Positions 9,279 through 17,739 of a stretch of 64,000 nucleotides of DNA are shown in pieces (positions within the stretch are counted from its first letter, which is position 1; each line of letters starts with the position of its first letter). Both the position numbers and the translations under genes were made by a program. The DNA is from an uncultured Verrucomicrobiae bacterium (GTDB taxonomy: Bacteria > Verrucomicrobiota > Verrucomicrobiia > Limisphaerales > Palsa-1400). The stretch lies in the NCBI GenBank assembly GCA_963759415.1, contig CAVWZG010000001.1, positions 111,585 to 175,584 on the forward strand, written 5' to 3'. The notes under the pieces were generated by a model. That model was not told where the DNA came from, searched no databases, and saw only the letters and a program-made list of their open reading frames with translations.

Positions 9279-10748
9279 ATGCCAAAGCCCGCTGCCAAGA
9301 AAGCCCCCCGCAAAAGCGCCCGGAGCGCCGCGCCCAAGCCTGTCCCCATCGCCCCGGCGGAAGCCCCGGAAACGCTTTCCGTGCCCCAAGCCCCGCCCCC
9401 GCCCGTGGAAATGAAGCTGGAGCCGCCGACCTGCGCCGTCGAAGCGCGCGAGGAAGCCGGGCCGCCCCGCGTTTCCACCGTGCCTTCCGGCAAGCCGGTC
9501 AACATCGCCGCTCTGCAAGCCATCGCCATGCCCGAACTCAATCAGATGGCCCGGGGCATGGGCATCGAGAACTTCGGCACCATGCGCAAGCACGAGCTGA
9601 TCTTCCAAATCCTGCAAAAGAACGCCGAACGGGCCGGGGTGCTCTTTTCCGAAGGGGTGCTGGAAATCCTGCCCGAGGGCTTCGGTTTCCTGCGCTCGCG
9701 CAGCTTCAATTACCTGCCCTGCCCGGAGGACATTTACGTCTCCCCCTCGCAAATCCGCCGTTTCGACCTGCAAACCGGCAACCTGATCGCCGGCCAGATT
9801 CGCCCGCCCAAGGACAAGGAACGCTTCTTCGCCCTGCTCAAAGTCGAGGGGGTCGATACGGAAGACCCGGACAAGGCCAAGGACAAGACGCATTTCGACA
9901 ATCTGACGCCGCTCTTTCCGACCAAACGCTACCTGCTGGAGACGACGCCCGATGAATTATCCACGCGGGTGCTGGACCTGGTCTGCCCCATCGGCAAAGG
10001 CACGCGCGGCCTGATCGTGGCCCCGCCGCGCACGGGCAAGACGGTCCTGATGCAGAAGCTGGCCAACGCCATTCTCAAGAACAATCCCGAGGCTTACCTG
10101 TTCATCCTGCTCATCGACGAGCGCCCGGAGGAAGTCACCGACATGGAACGCTCCTGCCGCGGGGCCGAGGTCATCAGTTCCACCTTTGACGAGCCGCCGG
10201 AACGGCACGTGCAGGTGGCCGAGATGGTCATTGAAAAAGCCAAGCGCATGATCGAGCACAAGCGCGACGCGGTCATCCTGCTGGACTCGATCACCCGCCT
10301 GGCGCGGGCCTACAACACCGTCCAGCCGCATTCGGGCAAAATCCTCTCCGGGGGCGTGGACGCCAACGCCCTGCACAAGCCCAAGCGATTTTTTGGCGCG
10401 GCCCGCAACATCGAGGAAGGCGGTTCGCTGACCATCATCGCCACCGCCTTGATTGACACCGGCTCGCGCATGGACGAGGTGATCTTCGAGGAATTCAAAG
10501 GCACCGGCAACATGGAGGTAAACCTGGACCGGCACCTGGTGGACCGGCGCATCTTCCCCTCCATCAACGTGGAGCTATCGGGCACGCGCAAGGAGGAATT
10601 GCTCTACCATCCCGACGAGTACAACAAAGTAGTCCTGTTGCGCCGTGCATTGACAGGCGTGCCGCCAGTGGAGGCGATGGAACTGCTGCTGGGCAAACTA
10701 AAGAAAACAGGCAGCAACATCGAGTTCCTCCTCGGCATGGCGGTGTAA
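9279..10748 (+). CDS. rho: Transcription termination factor Rho with a ~73-aa Pro/Ala/Lys-rich N-terminal extension
   Basis: Rho_N-like [29 protein letters not shown], the RNA-binding segment [15 protein letters not shown], and Walker [18 protein letters not shown] with [10 protein letters not shown]. The start is chosen at ATG 9279. The listed ORF starts at a TTG at 9195. Confidence 0.92.
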   Translation: MPKPAAKKAPRKSARSAAPKPVPIAPAEAPETLSVPQAPPPPVEMKLEPPTCAVEAREEAGPPRVSTVPSGKPVNIAALQAIAMPELNQMARGMGIENFGTMRKHELIFQILQKNAERAGVLFSEGVLEILPEGFGFLRSRSFNYLPCPEDIYVSPSQIRRFDLQTGNLIAGQIRPPKDKERFFALLKVEGVDTEDPDKAKDKTHFDNLTPLFPTKRYLLETTPDELSTRVLDLVCPIGKGTRGLIVAPPRTGKTVLMQKLANAILKNNPEAYLFILLIDERPEEVTDMERSCRGAEVISSTFDEPPERHVQVAEMVIEKAKRMIEHKRDAVILLDSITRLARAYNTVQPHSGKILSGGVDANALHKPKRFFGAARNIEEGGSLTIIATALIDTGSRMDEVIFEEFKGTGNMEVNLDRHLVDRRIFPSINVELSGTRKEELLYHPDEYNKVVLLRRALTGVPPVEAMELLLGKLKKTGSNIEFLLGMAV

Positions 10749-10757
10749 CTGATCCGT

Positions 10758-11450
10758 TTACCGCTTGGCCGCAAAGCGCCGGCACAGCGCGAAGAGGACC
10801 GCTCCAACGCCCGTCAAAGCGAGTGGACCGGGTTCAGGAACAACCACCGTCGTTGAAAATGAAATATCGTCAATGACCCAGTTGTTCAGTCCGGTAGAAG
10901 ATTCGCAGGCCGCGAATGCTAATTGCTCCGTTTGACCAGCCCACGCCGAAATATTGGCACCGTACAGTGTATAGTTAGGGCCTATTCCGACCGCGACAAA
11001 CGGAACGATTTGAGTTCCCAAAAGAACGTCCAGTGCTCCCGATCCAGAGTGGGCTTCAAAGAGCAGGGATTTCGTGCCGGCAGGTATCGTGCCAGTTTGG
11101 CTAATTGAAGGAATGGATGCAGGGAAACTGCCCTGCAACAAGACACTGTAGCTTCCATCAATTGGAGGGATAATACCAGAACCTAGGCCAGGACCTGCAA
11201 GCACGACCCAAGGATATCCAATAGATGGATCGTTTTCCGTAATTTGTGTCTGTTGGACTCCGCCTATAGTAACCGTCCAATAAGGCAGGGCGCTTGCTGT
11301 GGTGACAGAGTAGGGATAGTACGAACCTCCAACAACGATGACCGGGTTTGCCTGTTCAAAATCCAGGTTTTGAAAGGTGCCTTGAGCGCTTGTTGAAGAA
11401 GCAAGAACGCCTAAGCCCAACGCAACAATTGACAACTTGAATGTATTCAT
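10758..11450 (-). CDS. PEP-CTERM sorting-domain secreted protein
   Basis: N-terminal signal peptide (MNTFKLSIVALGLGVLASSTSAQG) and a C-terminal VPEPGPLALTGVGAVLFALCRRFAAKR (PEP motif, TM helix, basic tail). Confidence 0.85.
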   Translation of the reverse strand: MNTFKLSIVALGLGVLASSTSAQGTFQNLDFEQANPVIVVGGSYYPYSVTTASALPYWTVTIGGVQQTQITENDPSIGYPWVVLAGPGLGSGIIPPIDGSYSVLLQGSFPASIPSISQTGTIPAGTKSLLFEAHSGSGALDVLLGTQIVPFVAVGIGPNYTLYGANISAWAGQTEQLAFAACESSTGLNNWVIDDISFSTTVVVPEPGPLALTGVGAVLFALCRRFAAKR

Positions 11451-11523
11451 AGGCGATGCAGTCGTTGGTTTCCGCCTGTTCCATTCATGTAAATGCTGGT
11501 AACAAACGGCGGGCGGACCTTGG

Positions 11524-13581
11524 TTAATTCGAGGCGGGTTTGGGGGCGGCGGCGGCAGGGGCGGGTTCCAATGGCAGGGAGATGCGGACCAGGCCGGGGA
11601 GGCCGCTGCGCGGAGGGGGGATCTCCAGCTTGCCGGCGTGGGTCTGGATGATCTTGCTGGTGACCGCCAGGCCCAGACCTAATCCGACTTTGCGCGTGGT
11701 GTAAAATGGCTCGGCGGCTTTGCCGGCGGCCTCGGCGCTGAAACCGGAGCCGCTGTCCTGCACTTCGATGCGCGCCCAACGCGAGCCGCTGGCATCGGTT
11801 TCGGTGCGCGCGCGCACCTGCACCTGCACTTGACATGTGGCGTCGCCAGCCTGCAGGGCGTTGAGAATGATTTCGGCGAAGGCATGCTGAAGTCCCTGGC
11901 GGTCGCAGGTCACGCTCAACGGTTCGCCGGAGGATTCGTATTGCAACAGGACGGTGGTGGAGGGGTGATAGGCGCGGGCTTCGCGAAAGGCCTCCTCGAT
12001 GAGATGTTTGACAGGAACGGATTCCACGTGGCTGAGGCGGTCGCGGGCCAGGAAACGCATTTGATCGACGAGGCGGCTGACGCGTTTAACGCCCTCATCG
12101 AGGGCCGTGGCCAGGGAGGCCTGGAAGTCCGGGTCGGCGCCCCGTTCGCGCAGGAGCTGCTGATGGGTGGAGAGGGGCACGACGGCGTTGCCGATTTCGT
12201 GCGCCAGGCGCTCGGCCATTTGCTGGACCAGGCGCAGATTGGCGGTCTCGATTTCCAACTGGCGAAGGCGGTCGGCGGCGGTGCAATCCTCCACCACCAG
12301 CAGGGCCGCCGTCGGCAATTGCGATTGCTGCTTGCGGAAAGGGGTGATGGAAACATGGTAGCGCAGTCCGGGAGCCGAGGCGGGCTGGTATTTGTAGTTG
12401 ACCAGGGGCTGGCCCGTTTTGAGCACTTCAAAAACTTTGCCGCCGATGACCTGCGGCAGGTCGTTGAAATCGAAGGCGTCGGCGGCGCGGTTGGGGCGCG
12501 GGAAGAAGGACCGGGCGACGGCATTGGCGTGGAGGACGTTCAACTCGCGCCCGATGACGACGCAGCCGGATTTGATGTTGTGGAGGATGTCAAACATCAT
12601 TTCGTGGCGGGCGGAAACCTGTTCGTGCCACCAGATATTCTTGATGGCCAGGCCCAATTGTTCGAGCAGGTGGAAAATCAGGGCCAGCTCGTCGCTGCTC
12701 ATCATTTCGCCGGTGATGCGCTCATCAAGCATCGCCACGCCGATGAGCGATTCGCGGTCCAGGACCGGGATGGCGACGCGCACGCCCAGCAAATCGAATT
12801 CGCGCGCCATGGACGAGTCGCGCTCGACCTCCGCGCTGTCGCGCCGCAGAACACGGCCGGTGCGGAAGATGTAACCGCCAATGCCATCGTCCAGCGACAA
12901 GGCAAAATGTTCCAGCACGCTGGAGGAAAGGCCCAGAGCGCAGGCCGATGTCATCTGATGCGAACCGCCGGGCGCATCCGGCATGCCCGCCACGCGAGGG
13001 GGTGCGCGGAGAAAAATGGCGGCGCGGTTGATGCCGAGGATTTCACGCAACACGAGCAGGAACTGCTTGAGCAGCGATTCGGCGTCCAGGCTATGGCAAA
13101 GGATGGAGGAGGAATTGCGCAGCCATTCGAGCATTTTTCCGGGCATGGGCGAGGCCTCGGCGGCGCGTTTGTTCTCCAGCCGCGCCGGCGGGGCCGGGGC
13201 GGGGCGATCCTCGGCAGGCGTCCTGGTTTCAAAAACGCGATCCAGCAAAGAGTTGAGCAAGCGCCCGCGGACGGGTTTGCTCAAGACGTGGCTGACGCCG
13301 AGCAGGTAAGCCTCCTCCTCCCAACGCCAATGGGAATCCGAGGCATAAAGAATGACCGGACATTGGGGAAGGAAGCGCCGGAGGCGCTCGATGTGCCGCA
13401 TAGGCTCGACGGAGGTGAGGTCGGCGTCGAACACGCACACGCCGATGGAGGGGCCGGTGAGGCGCAATTCATCCTCGCGGAAGTCGGCGTGCTCGATGAC
13501 ACGGTAAACGGAGCCATCCAGAGCCGCGCGCACGGCTGCGGCCAGGTGGTTGTTTGGGGAGATGACCAGCAATGTTCTCAT
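11524..13581 (-). CDS. Sensor histidine kinase with an atypical N-terminal receiver-like domain, GAF and PAS
   Basis: 685-aa ORF with H-box HEIGNAVVPLSTHQQLL, and the ATPase motifs VQDSGSGF and KVGLGLGLAVTSKI. The N-terminus reads LLVISPNN...VCVFDADL...LSKP, where the acidic pair is replaced by SP. Confidence 0.85.
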   Translation of the reverse strand: MRTLLVISPNNHLAAAVRAALDGSVYRVIEHADFREDELRLTGPSIGVCVFDADLTSVEPMRHIERLRRFLPQCPVILYASDSHWRWEEEAYLLGVSHVLSKPVRGRLLNSLLDRVFETRTPAEDRPAPAPPARLENKRAAEASPMPGKMLEWLRNSSSILCHSLDAESLLKQFLLVLREILGINRAAIFLRAPPRVAGMPDAPGGSHQMTSACALGLSSSVLEHFALSLDDGIGGYIFRTGRVLRRDSAEVERDSSMAREFDLLGVRVAIPVLDRESLIGVAMLDERITGEMMSSDELALIFHLLEQLGLAIKNIWWHEQVSARHEMMFDILHNIKSGCVVIGRELNVLHANAVARSFFPRPNRAADAFDFNDLPQVIGGKVFEVLKTGQPLVNYKYQPASAPGLRYHVSITPFRKQQSQLPTAALLVVEDCTAADRLRQLEIETANLRLVQQMAERLAHEIGNAVVPLSTHQQLLRERGADPDFQASLATALDEGVKRVSRLVDQMRFLARDRLSHVESVPVKHLIEEAFREARAYHPSTTVLLQYESSGEPLSVTCDRQGLQHAFAEIILNALQAGDATCQVQVQVRARTETDASGSRWARIEVQDSGSGFSAEAAGKAAEPFYTTRKVGLGLGLAVTSKIIQTHAGKLEIPPPRSGLPGLVRISLPLEPAPAAAAPKPASN

Positions 13582-15761
13582 GCTGGCACCATATTCAACC
13601 GCGCACTTGGCGGCGAGAGGCTCTGGCTGTTCAAGCGGGCAGGCAAATCGACATGCACGGTGGTGCCACTCTTCTCCTTGCTGGTGATGCTAAGGTTGCC
13701 GCCGTGAAGATGCACAATCTTGCGGGCGATGGCCAGTCCGAGGCCAAAGCCGCGCTTGCCATCCCCGGTGTTCTTGGTCGTGAAGTAGGGTGTGAAGACG
13801 CGCTCCAAGTTTTCGGGGCTGATGCCCTCGCCGTGATCGATGATCCGGAGCCGGCGCCAGTCCCGGTCGGGTTCAATTTTGGGCAAGGGGGCCAGGAACA
13901 CCTCCACGCTGGCGCCGGCGGGAGAGGCGTCAATGGCGTTGGAGAGCAGATTGCAAACCAGGCGCTTGATGAGCACGGCGTCCATCTCCATTTCAACTTC
14001 GGCAGGGCCGGCAAAGGAGACCAAGACGTGCTTGGATTCAGCGTAGGGCTTCACCAGGGCGACGGCTTCGCCCACCATTTGATCCAGCAGGCCCTGTTTG
14101 CCGTTCAATTGGGCCGAGCGGGAGAAAAAGAGGGCTTCGTTGACGTAGGAGCGGACGGTTTCCAGGTTGCGCAGGGACATCGGCAGCAATTCGTCGATGG
14201 TTTCCTGGTTGAGGTGGGATTCGCGGCACAACTGCAACAAGGTTTGCACTGGTGTCAATAAATTGTTTAAATCATGGGCCAACCCGCGCGACATGCGGCC
14301 CAGGAGATCCTGTTCATGGACCACCTGCAATTGCTGGCGCAGGCGGATCTGGTTCAAGACCAGTCCCAGGCTGGAGGACAACTCGGTCATGAGCCGGACG
14401 TCGTGCGGGGTAAAAAGCTCTTCACTGGCCTTGGCGCCGAGCAGGAGCAACCCGATTAGCTCGTGGCCCACAACGAAAGGAAAACAAAATTCCGGTGCAA
14501 ACGGCAGCAACTGCTGGCAGGCCTCCTGATGCAACGTGGCTTCATGCTGGGTGGCGTGGATGACATTGCAGGAGAGCCATTTGGCCCTCGTCTGCTGGAA
14601 AAACTGGAAGACCGGCGAGTCCACTTGCAGGTCCGGCGCCGCGGCCTGGTTCTCCGGGGCGTGGGAATGAAAGAGCTTGAACCCGCGCGTGGTGTCATCG
14701 AGGAGGATGATATGGAAACTGCGCACCTTCATCGTCACGGCCAGCAAGTCCTCCAATTCCTGCATGAGCAATTGGGGGTCGGGGAAGGAGCGCATTAATT
14801 GGATGAGGTTCTGCACCTGGGCGTGATACTCGAAACGGTCGCCCAGAATTTGCCGTTCCAACTTGTCGCTCCCTTTGCCAAAAAACTGGGGGAAGAAAAC
14901 CGACGCGACCAGGGCGCTGACCAACAGGACGACCAGCGCCGCGCTGAAGGAGAAGATGTTGAAAGTGTGTTCCGGCGCGAGTTCGGAAATGACCAGCAGC
15001 AAGAGGAAACCGACGACCATCATGAAGGTCAGGCGCACGATCTGCGCGGCCGAGCGGCTCAAAGTCACGTGAATATCGAGCAACCGGTGCTGCAAGATGC
15101 TATAGCCGATGACCCAGGCGTAGAACACCGCGGCCACGCTGCCGAGGGGGAAAAACTGGATGCTCGTGAAGGGATAGACGTCACGGCCCAGGATCGGCAT
15201 CATATCGTTGGTGCCAAAGACCACCAACCCAAGCACGGCCGAGAGCAAGGCCAGCAGACGCTTGCGCTGCATGGGCAGAGCCTTTTTCTGTTTTCGATAC
15301 AAAAAGACCAGCGAGTAGGCGACCATGGCCGAATAAACGCTGCCAAAAGCGTAAAAGCCAGGGCCGGGAACGGACCAATAACCCACCGGCAAAAGCCGGA
15401 CGCCAATAATATATTTATTGAAGAACAGGCTGATGGCGAATCCAACATGGATCAAATACAGGGCCGGCACCAGCCAGCGCGAGCGGGATTCCGCGATGAC
15501 CATGCAGATATGAAAGAGGGTCAGGGGAATGAACAGGACGCCCAATTGCAGCACCTTGGCCCAATGAAAAGCCTCGTCTGGGCCGATGTTTTGGCTCAAA
15601 TGGAAAACTCCCAGGTTCCACAGAGTCACGGCAACACCCCAACCGAGGCAAATCCGGTGCAGTTTGGAGCGAAAATCCCGCCCCAGCACCATGACGGCCA
15701 GGACGACGTTGCATAAGATGGCCGCCAACGCCGTGATTTGGATGATATCCAGGCGGTTCAT
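13578..15761 (-). CDS. Membrane sensor histidine kinase (N-terminal ~7-TM domain, GAF, HisKA, HATPase)
   Basis: 727-aa ORF in which the first ~290 aa are a series of hydrophobic helices. H-box LAHDLNNLLTPVQTLLQL, plus IIDHGEGI and GFGLGLAIARKIVHLHGG. Its stop overlaps the downstream kinase start by 4 nt. Confidence 0.85.
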   Translation of the reverse strand: MNRLDIIQITALAAILCNVVLAVMVLGRDFRSKLHRICLGWGVAVTLWNLGVFHLSQNIGPDEAFHWAKVLQLGVLFIPLTLFHICMVIAESRSRWLVPALYLIHVGFAISLFFNKYIIGVRLLPVGYWSVPGPGFYAFGSVYSAMVAYSLVFLYRKQKKALPMQRKRLLALLSAVLGLVVFGTNDMMPILGRDVYPFTSIQFFPLGSVAAVFYAWVIGYSILQHRLLDIHVTLSRSAAQIVRLTFMMVVGFLLLLVISELAPEHTFNIFSFSAALVVLLVSALVASVFFPQFFGKGSDKLERQILGDRFEYHAQVQNLIQLMRSFPDPQLLMQELEDLLAVTMKVRSFHIILLDDTTRGFKLFHSHAPENQAAAPDLQVDSPVFQFFQQTRAKWLSCNVIHATQHEATLHQEACQQLLPFAPEFCFPFVVGHELIGLLLLGAKASEELFTPHDVRLMTELSSSLGLVLNQIRLRQQLQVVHEQDLLGRMSRGLAHDLNNLLTPVQTLLQLCRESHLNQETIDELLPMSLRNLETVRSYVNEALFFSRSAQLNGKQGLLDQMVGEAVALVKPYAESKHVLVSFAGPAEVEMEMDAVLIKRLVCNLLSNAIDASPAGASVEVFLAPLPKIEPDRDWRRLRIIDHGEGISPENLERVFTPYFTTKNTGDGKRGFGLGLAIARKIVHLHGGNLSITSKEKSGTTVHVDLPARLNSQSLSPPSARLNMVPA

Positions 15762-15767
15762 GCTGGC

Positions 15768-17021
15768 TCAGAATTTCTTTAACGCCAGGCAGGCGTAGCG
15801 CCCGCCGAACCCCGCGCTCAAATTTAATGCCACCTTCACCGGGAAGGAGCGCGCCTCTCCGGCCACGTAATCCAGGTCGCAGCCAGGATCCGGTTCGTGC
15901 AAATTAATCGTCGGGGGAATCTCCTGATGCCAGATCGAGAGGGCGCAGATCATGGTTTCGATTGAGCCAGAGGCCCCCATGAGATGGCCGGTGATCGGCT
16001 TGGTGGCGCTGATGGCCAGACGCCGGGCGTGATCGCGGAAGACGTTTTTGATGGCCTTGGTTTCCACCGGATCATTCAACGGCGTGGCGGAGCCGTGGGC
16101 ATTGATGTAGTCCACTTCGTTGGGAGCGAGGCGGGCGTGACGCATGGCCTTCTTCAGGGCTTGAGCGTAACCCATGCCGTCGGGATGAGGGTCCGTGACG
16201 TGGTAGGCTTCGCAACTTTGTCCGTGCCCGGCCAATTCGGCGTAGATGCGCGCCCCGCGGCCCAGCGCGTGCGACAATTCCTCCAGCACAAAGAAAGCCG
16301 CGCCTTCCCCCAGCACAAATCCGTCGCGAGTGCGGTCGAACGGGCGCATGGCCTGGGCCGGATTGCCGGTTTGCTCGCTCATGGCCCGCAAGCGGCAGAA
16401 TCCTATATGCACCATCGCCATCGCCCCTTCCGCCCCGCCCGCTACGGCCACGTCAATGTCGTCGCTTTCGATCATGCGGGCGGCGTGGCCAATGGCATCG
16501 GTGCCGGAAGCGCAACCGGAACAATAGGTGATGGCGTGGCCTTGATTGCCCAGGTGCAGGCTGATCATGCTGCTGCCCTCTCCGCAGTAAATGGCCACCA
16601 GGTTGTAGGGATGAAGCGCGCGGAAATTGCCGTCATGGGCCATGTAGGCGTCGCGCGTTTTGACGATGCTCTCCATGCCGCTCATGGTGGTTCCCTCCAC
16701 CACCCCTACCCGGTCAGGATCCAACGCGGTCAACTCCAACCCCGAATCCTGGACGGCCAGGGTGGCGGCCGAGACGCCGTATTGAATGGTCATATCAAAA
16801 CGGCCCGGTTTGCGGCTCTTGATGTATTGATTGACGTCGAAATCCTTGACCTCAGCCGCGATTTTGACCGGCAGCTTGCTGGTGTCAAAGCGGGTGACGG
16901 TGGCGGCGGCGCTGATACCGCCGCGCACGTTGCTCCAAAGCGTGGTCAGATCGTTGCCGCTGGGGGAAATGACTCCCATGCCCGTGATAACGACGCGGCG
17001 TTTGGGGAAGTTGGTGTTCAT
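15768..17021 (-). CDS. fabF: Beta-ketoacyl-ACP synthase II
   Basis: RRVVITGMGVISPSGN, active-site region YCSGCASGTDAIGHA, and the His motifs INAHGSATPLND and ITGHLMGASG. Confidence 0.9.
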   Translation of the reverse strand: MNTNFPKRRVVITGMGVISPSGNDLTTLWSNVRGGISAAATVTRFDTSKLPVKIAAEVKDFDVNQYIKSRKPGRFDMTIQYGVSAATLAVQDSGLELTALDPDRVGVVEGTTMSGMESIVKTRDAYMAHDGNFRALHPYNLVAIYCGEGSSMISLHLGNQGHAITYCSGCASGTDAIGHAARMIESDDIDVAVAGGAEGAMAMVHIGFCRLRAMSEQTGNPAQAMRPFDRTRDGFVLGEGAAFFVLEELSHALGRGARIYAELAGHGQSCEAYHVTDPHPDGMGYAQALKKAMRHARLAPNEVDYINAHGSATPLNDPVETKAIKNVFRDHARRLAISATKPITGHLMGASGSIETMICALSIWHQEIPPTINLHEPDPGCDLDYVAGEARSFPVKVALNLSAGFGGRYACLALKKF

Positions 17022-17366
17022 TGCAGGTTGAATCGCTGGCGATCAGTCGTGTCCGCGACTTGCCAAAGGCGCGTGGCGCGGGCGCGGTCTTGCACCAGGT
17101 TTTCTGCTGCGATCCCAGCACCCTGGTCTCCCGCTTCCACCTGGCAGAACCTCTCTTTTGCGAACGATCGGCAAAGAGCCAATTAAGGTCATTACCCTTG
17201 TGTAACCGATTACGCGGCGGCGTTCAATAGGAATCGCGCTCTTGACTTGATTTTTTCGTGTCATGCGACCATCCATTTTTTGCTCTGTTGGGGCAAAAAT
17301 CCGGTTAGGGAGGCCTTTGATGCGCAAAAATGATGTTGGTGGCTGCGTTTGGCAGCAGGTGGGCGA

Positions 17367-17564
17367 GGCAAGAGAATCACTGGCAGGGGAATAAGTGGCA
17401 GAGGAATGGGAAGAAGAATTTGAACGTCCTATTCCTCTGCCACCCATTCCTCTGCCAAATCTTCTCAGGAATGAATGAGTTTCTGCTGTTGCAGCACAGG
17501 GAATGCCGCAGAACAAAATCTTTACGTCTTCGGCAGGGCGGCAGCTCTGCCATCTACCGGGAAG
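17367..17564. repeat. Composite REP-like intergenic element (long form), related to 19551..19622
   Basis: It shares three modules with the downstream copy: ggcaaGaGaatcactgGcag, ggcagaggaatggga and ggcagctctgcc(a/c)...taccgggaag. It also contains a perfect 15-bp inverted repeat, tggcagaggaatggg (17396..17410) / cccattcctctgcca (17443..17457), and a 14/15 duplicate of the right arm at 17428..17442. Confidence 0.75.
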
Positions 17565-17644
17565 TCTATTAGCAATTGCATTGACGAGCATCAGATTACC
17601 TGTTTTTTTCTTGCCATTGTGGCGCGATGGGTGTAATCTTCGCC

Positions 17645-17739
17645 AGCGGTGGGCATGATGCCAAGCGGTGGGCATGATGCCAAGCGGTGGGCATGATGCC
17701 AAGCGGTGGGCATGATGCCAAGCGGAGTGTATGATTGCA
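17645..17739. repeat. 19-bp tandem repeat, four perfect copies plus one degenerate copy, each containing the inverted repeat GGCAT-N-ATGCC
   Basis: The unit agcggtgggcatgatgcca occurs at 17645, 17664, 17683 and 17702. The degenerate fifth unit, agcggagtgtatgattgca (17721..17739), contains the ATG (17731) of the downstream gene. Confidence 0.95.

Noticed and set aside
11830-13707. 625-aa plus-strand ORF
   Set aside because: It is an antisense shadow of the sensor kinase at 11524..13581, which has a clear H-box and ATPase motifs on the minus strand.
17645-17739. Possible CRISPR array
   Set aside because: The units are only 19 bp long and directly abut one another with no spacers. There are no cas genes in the window.
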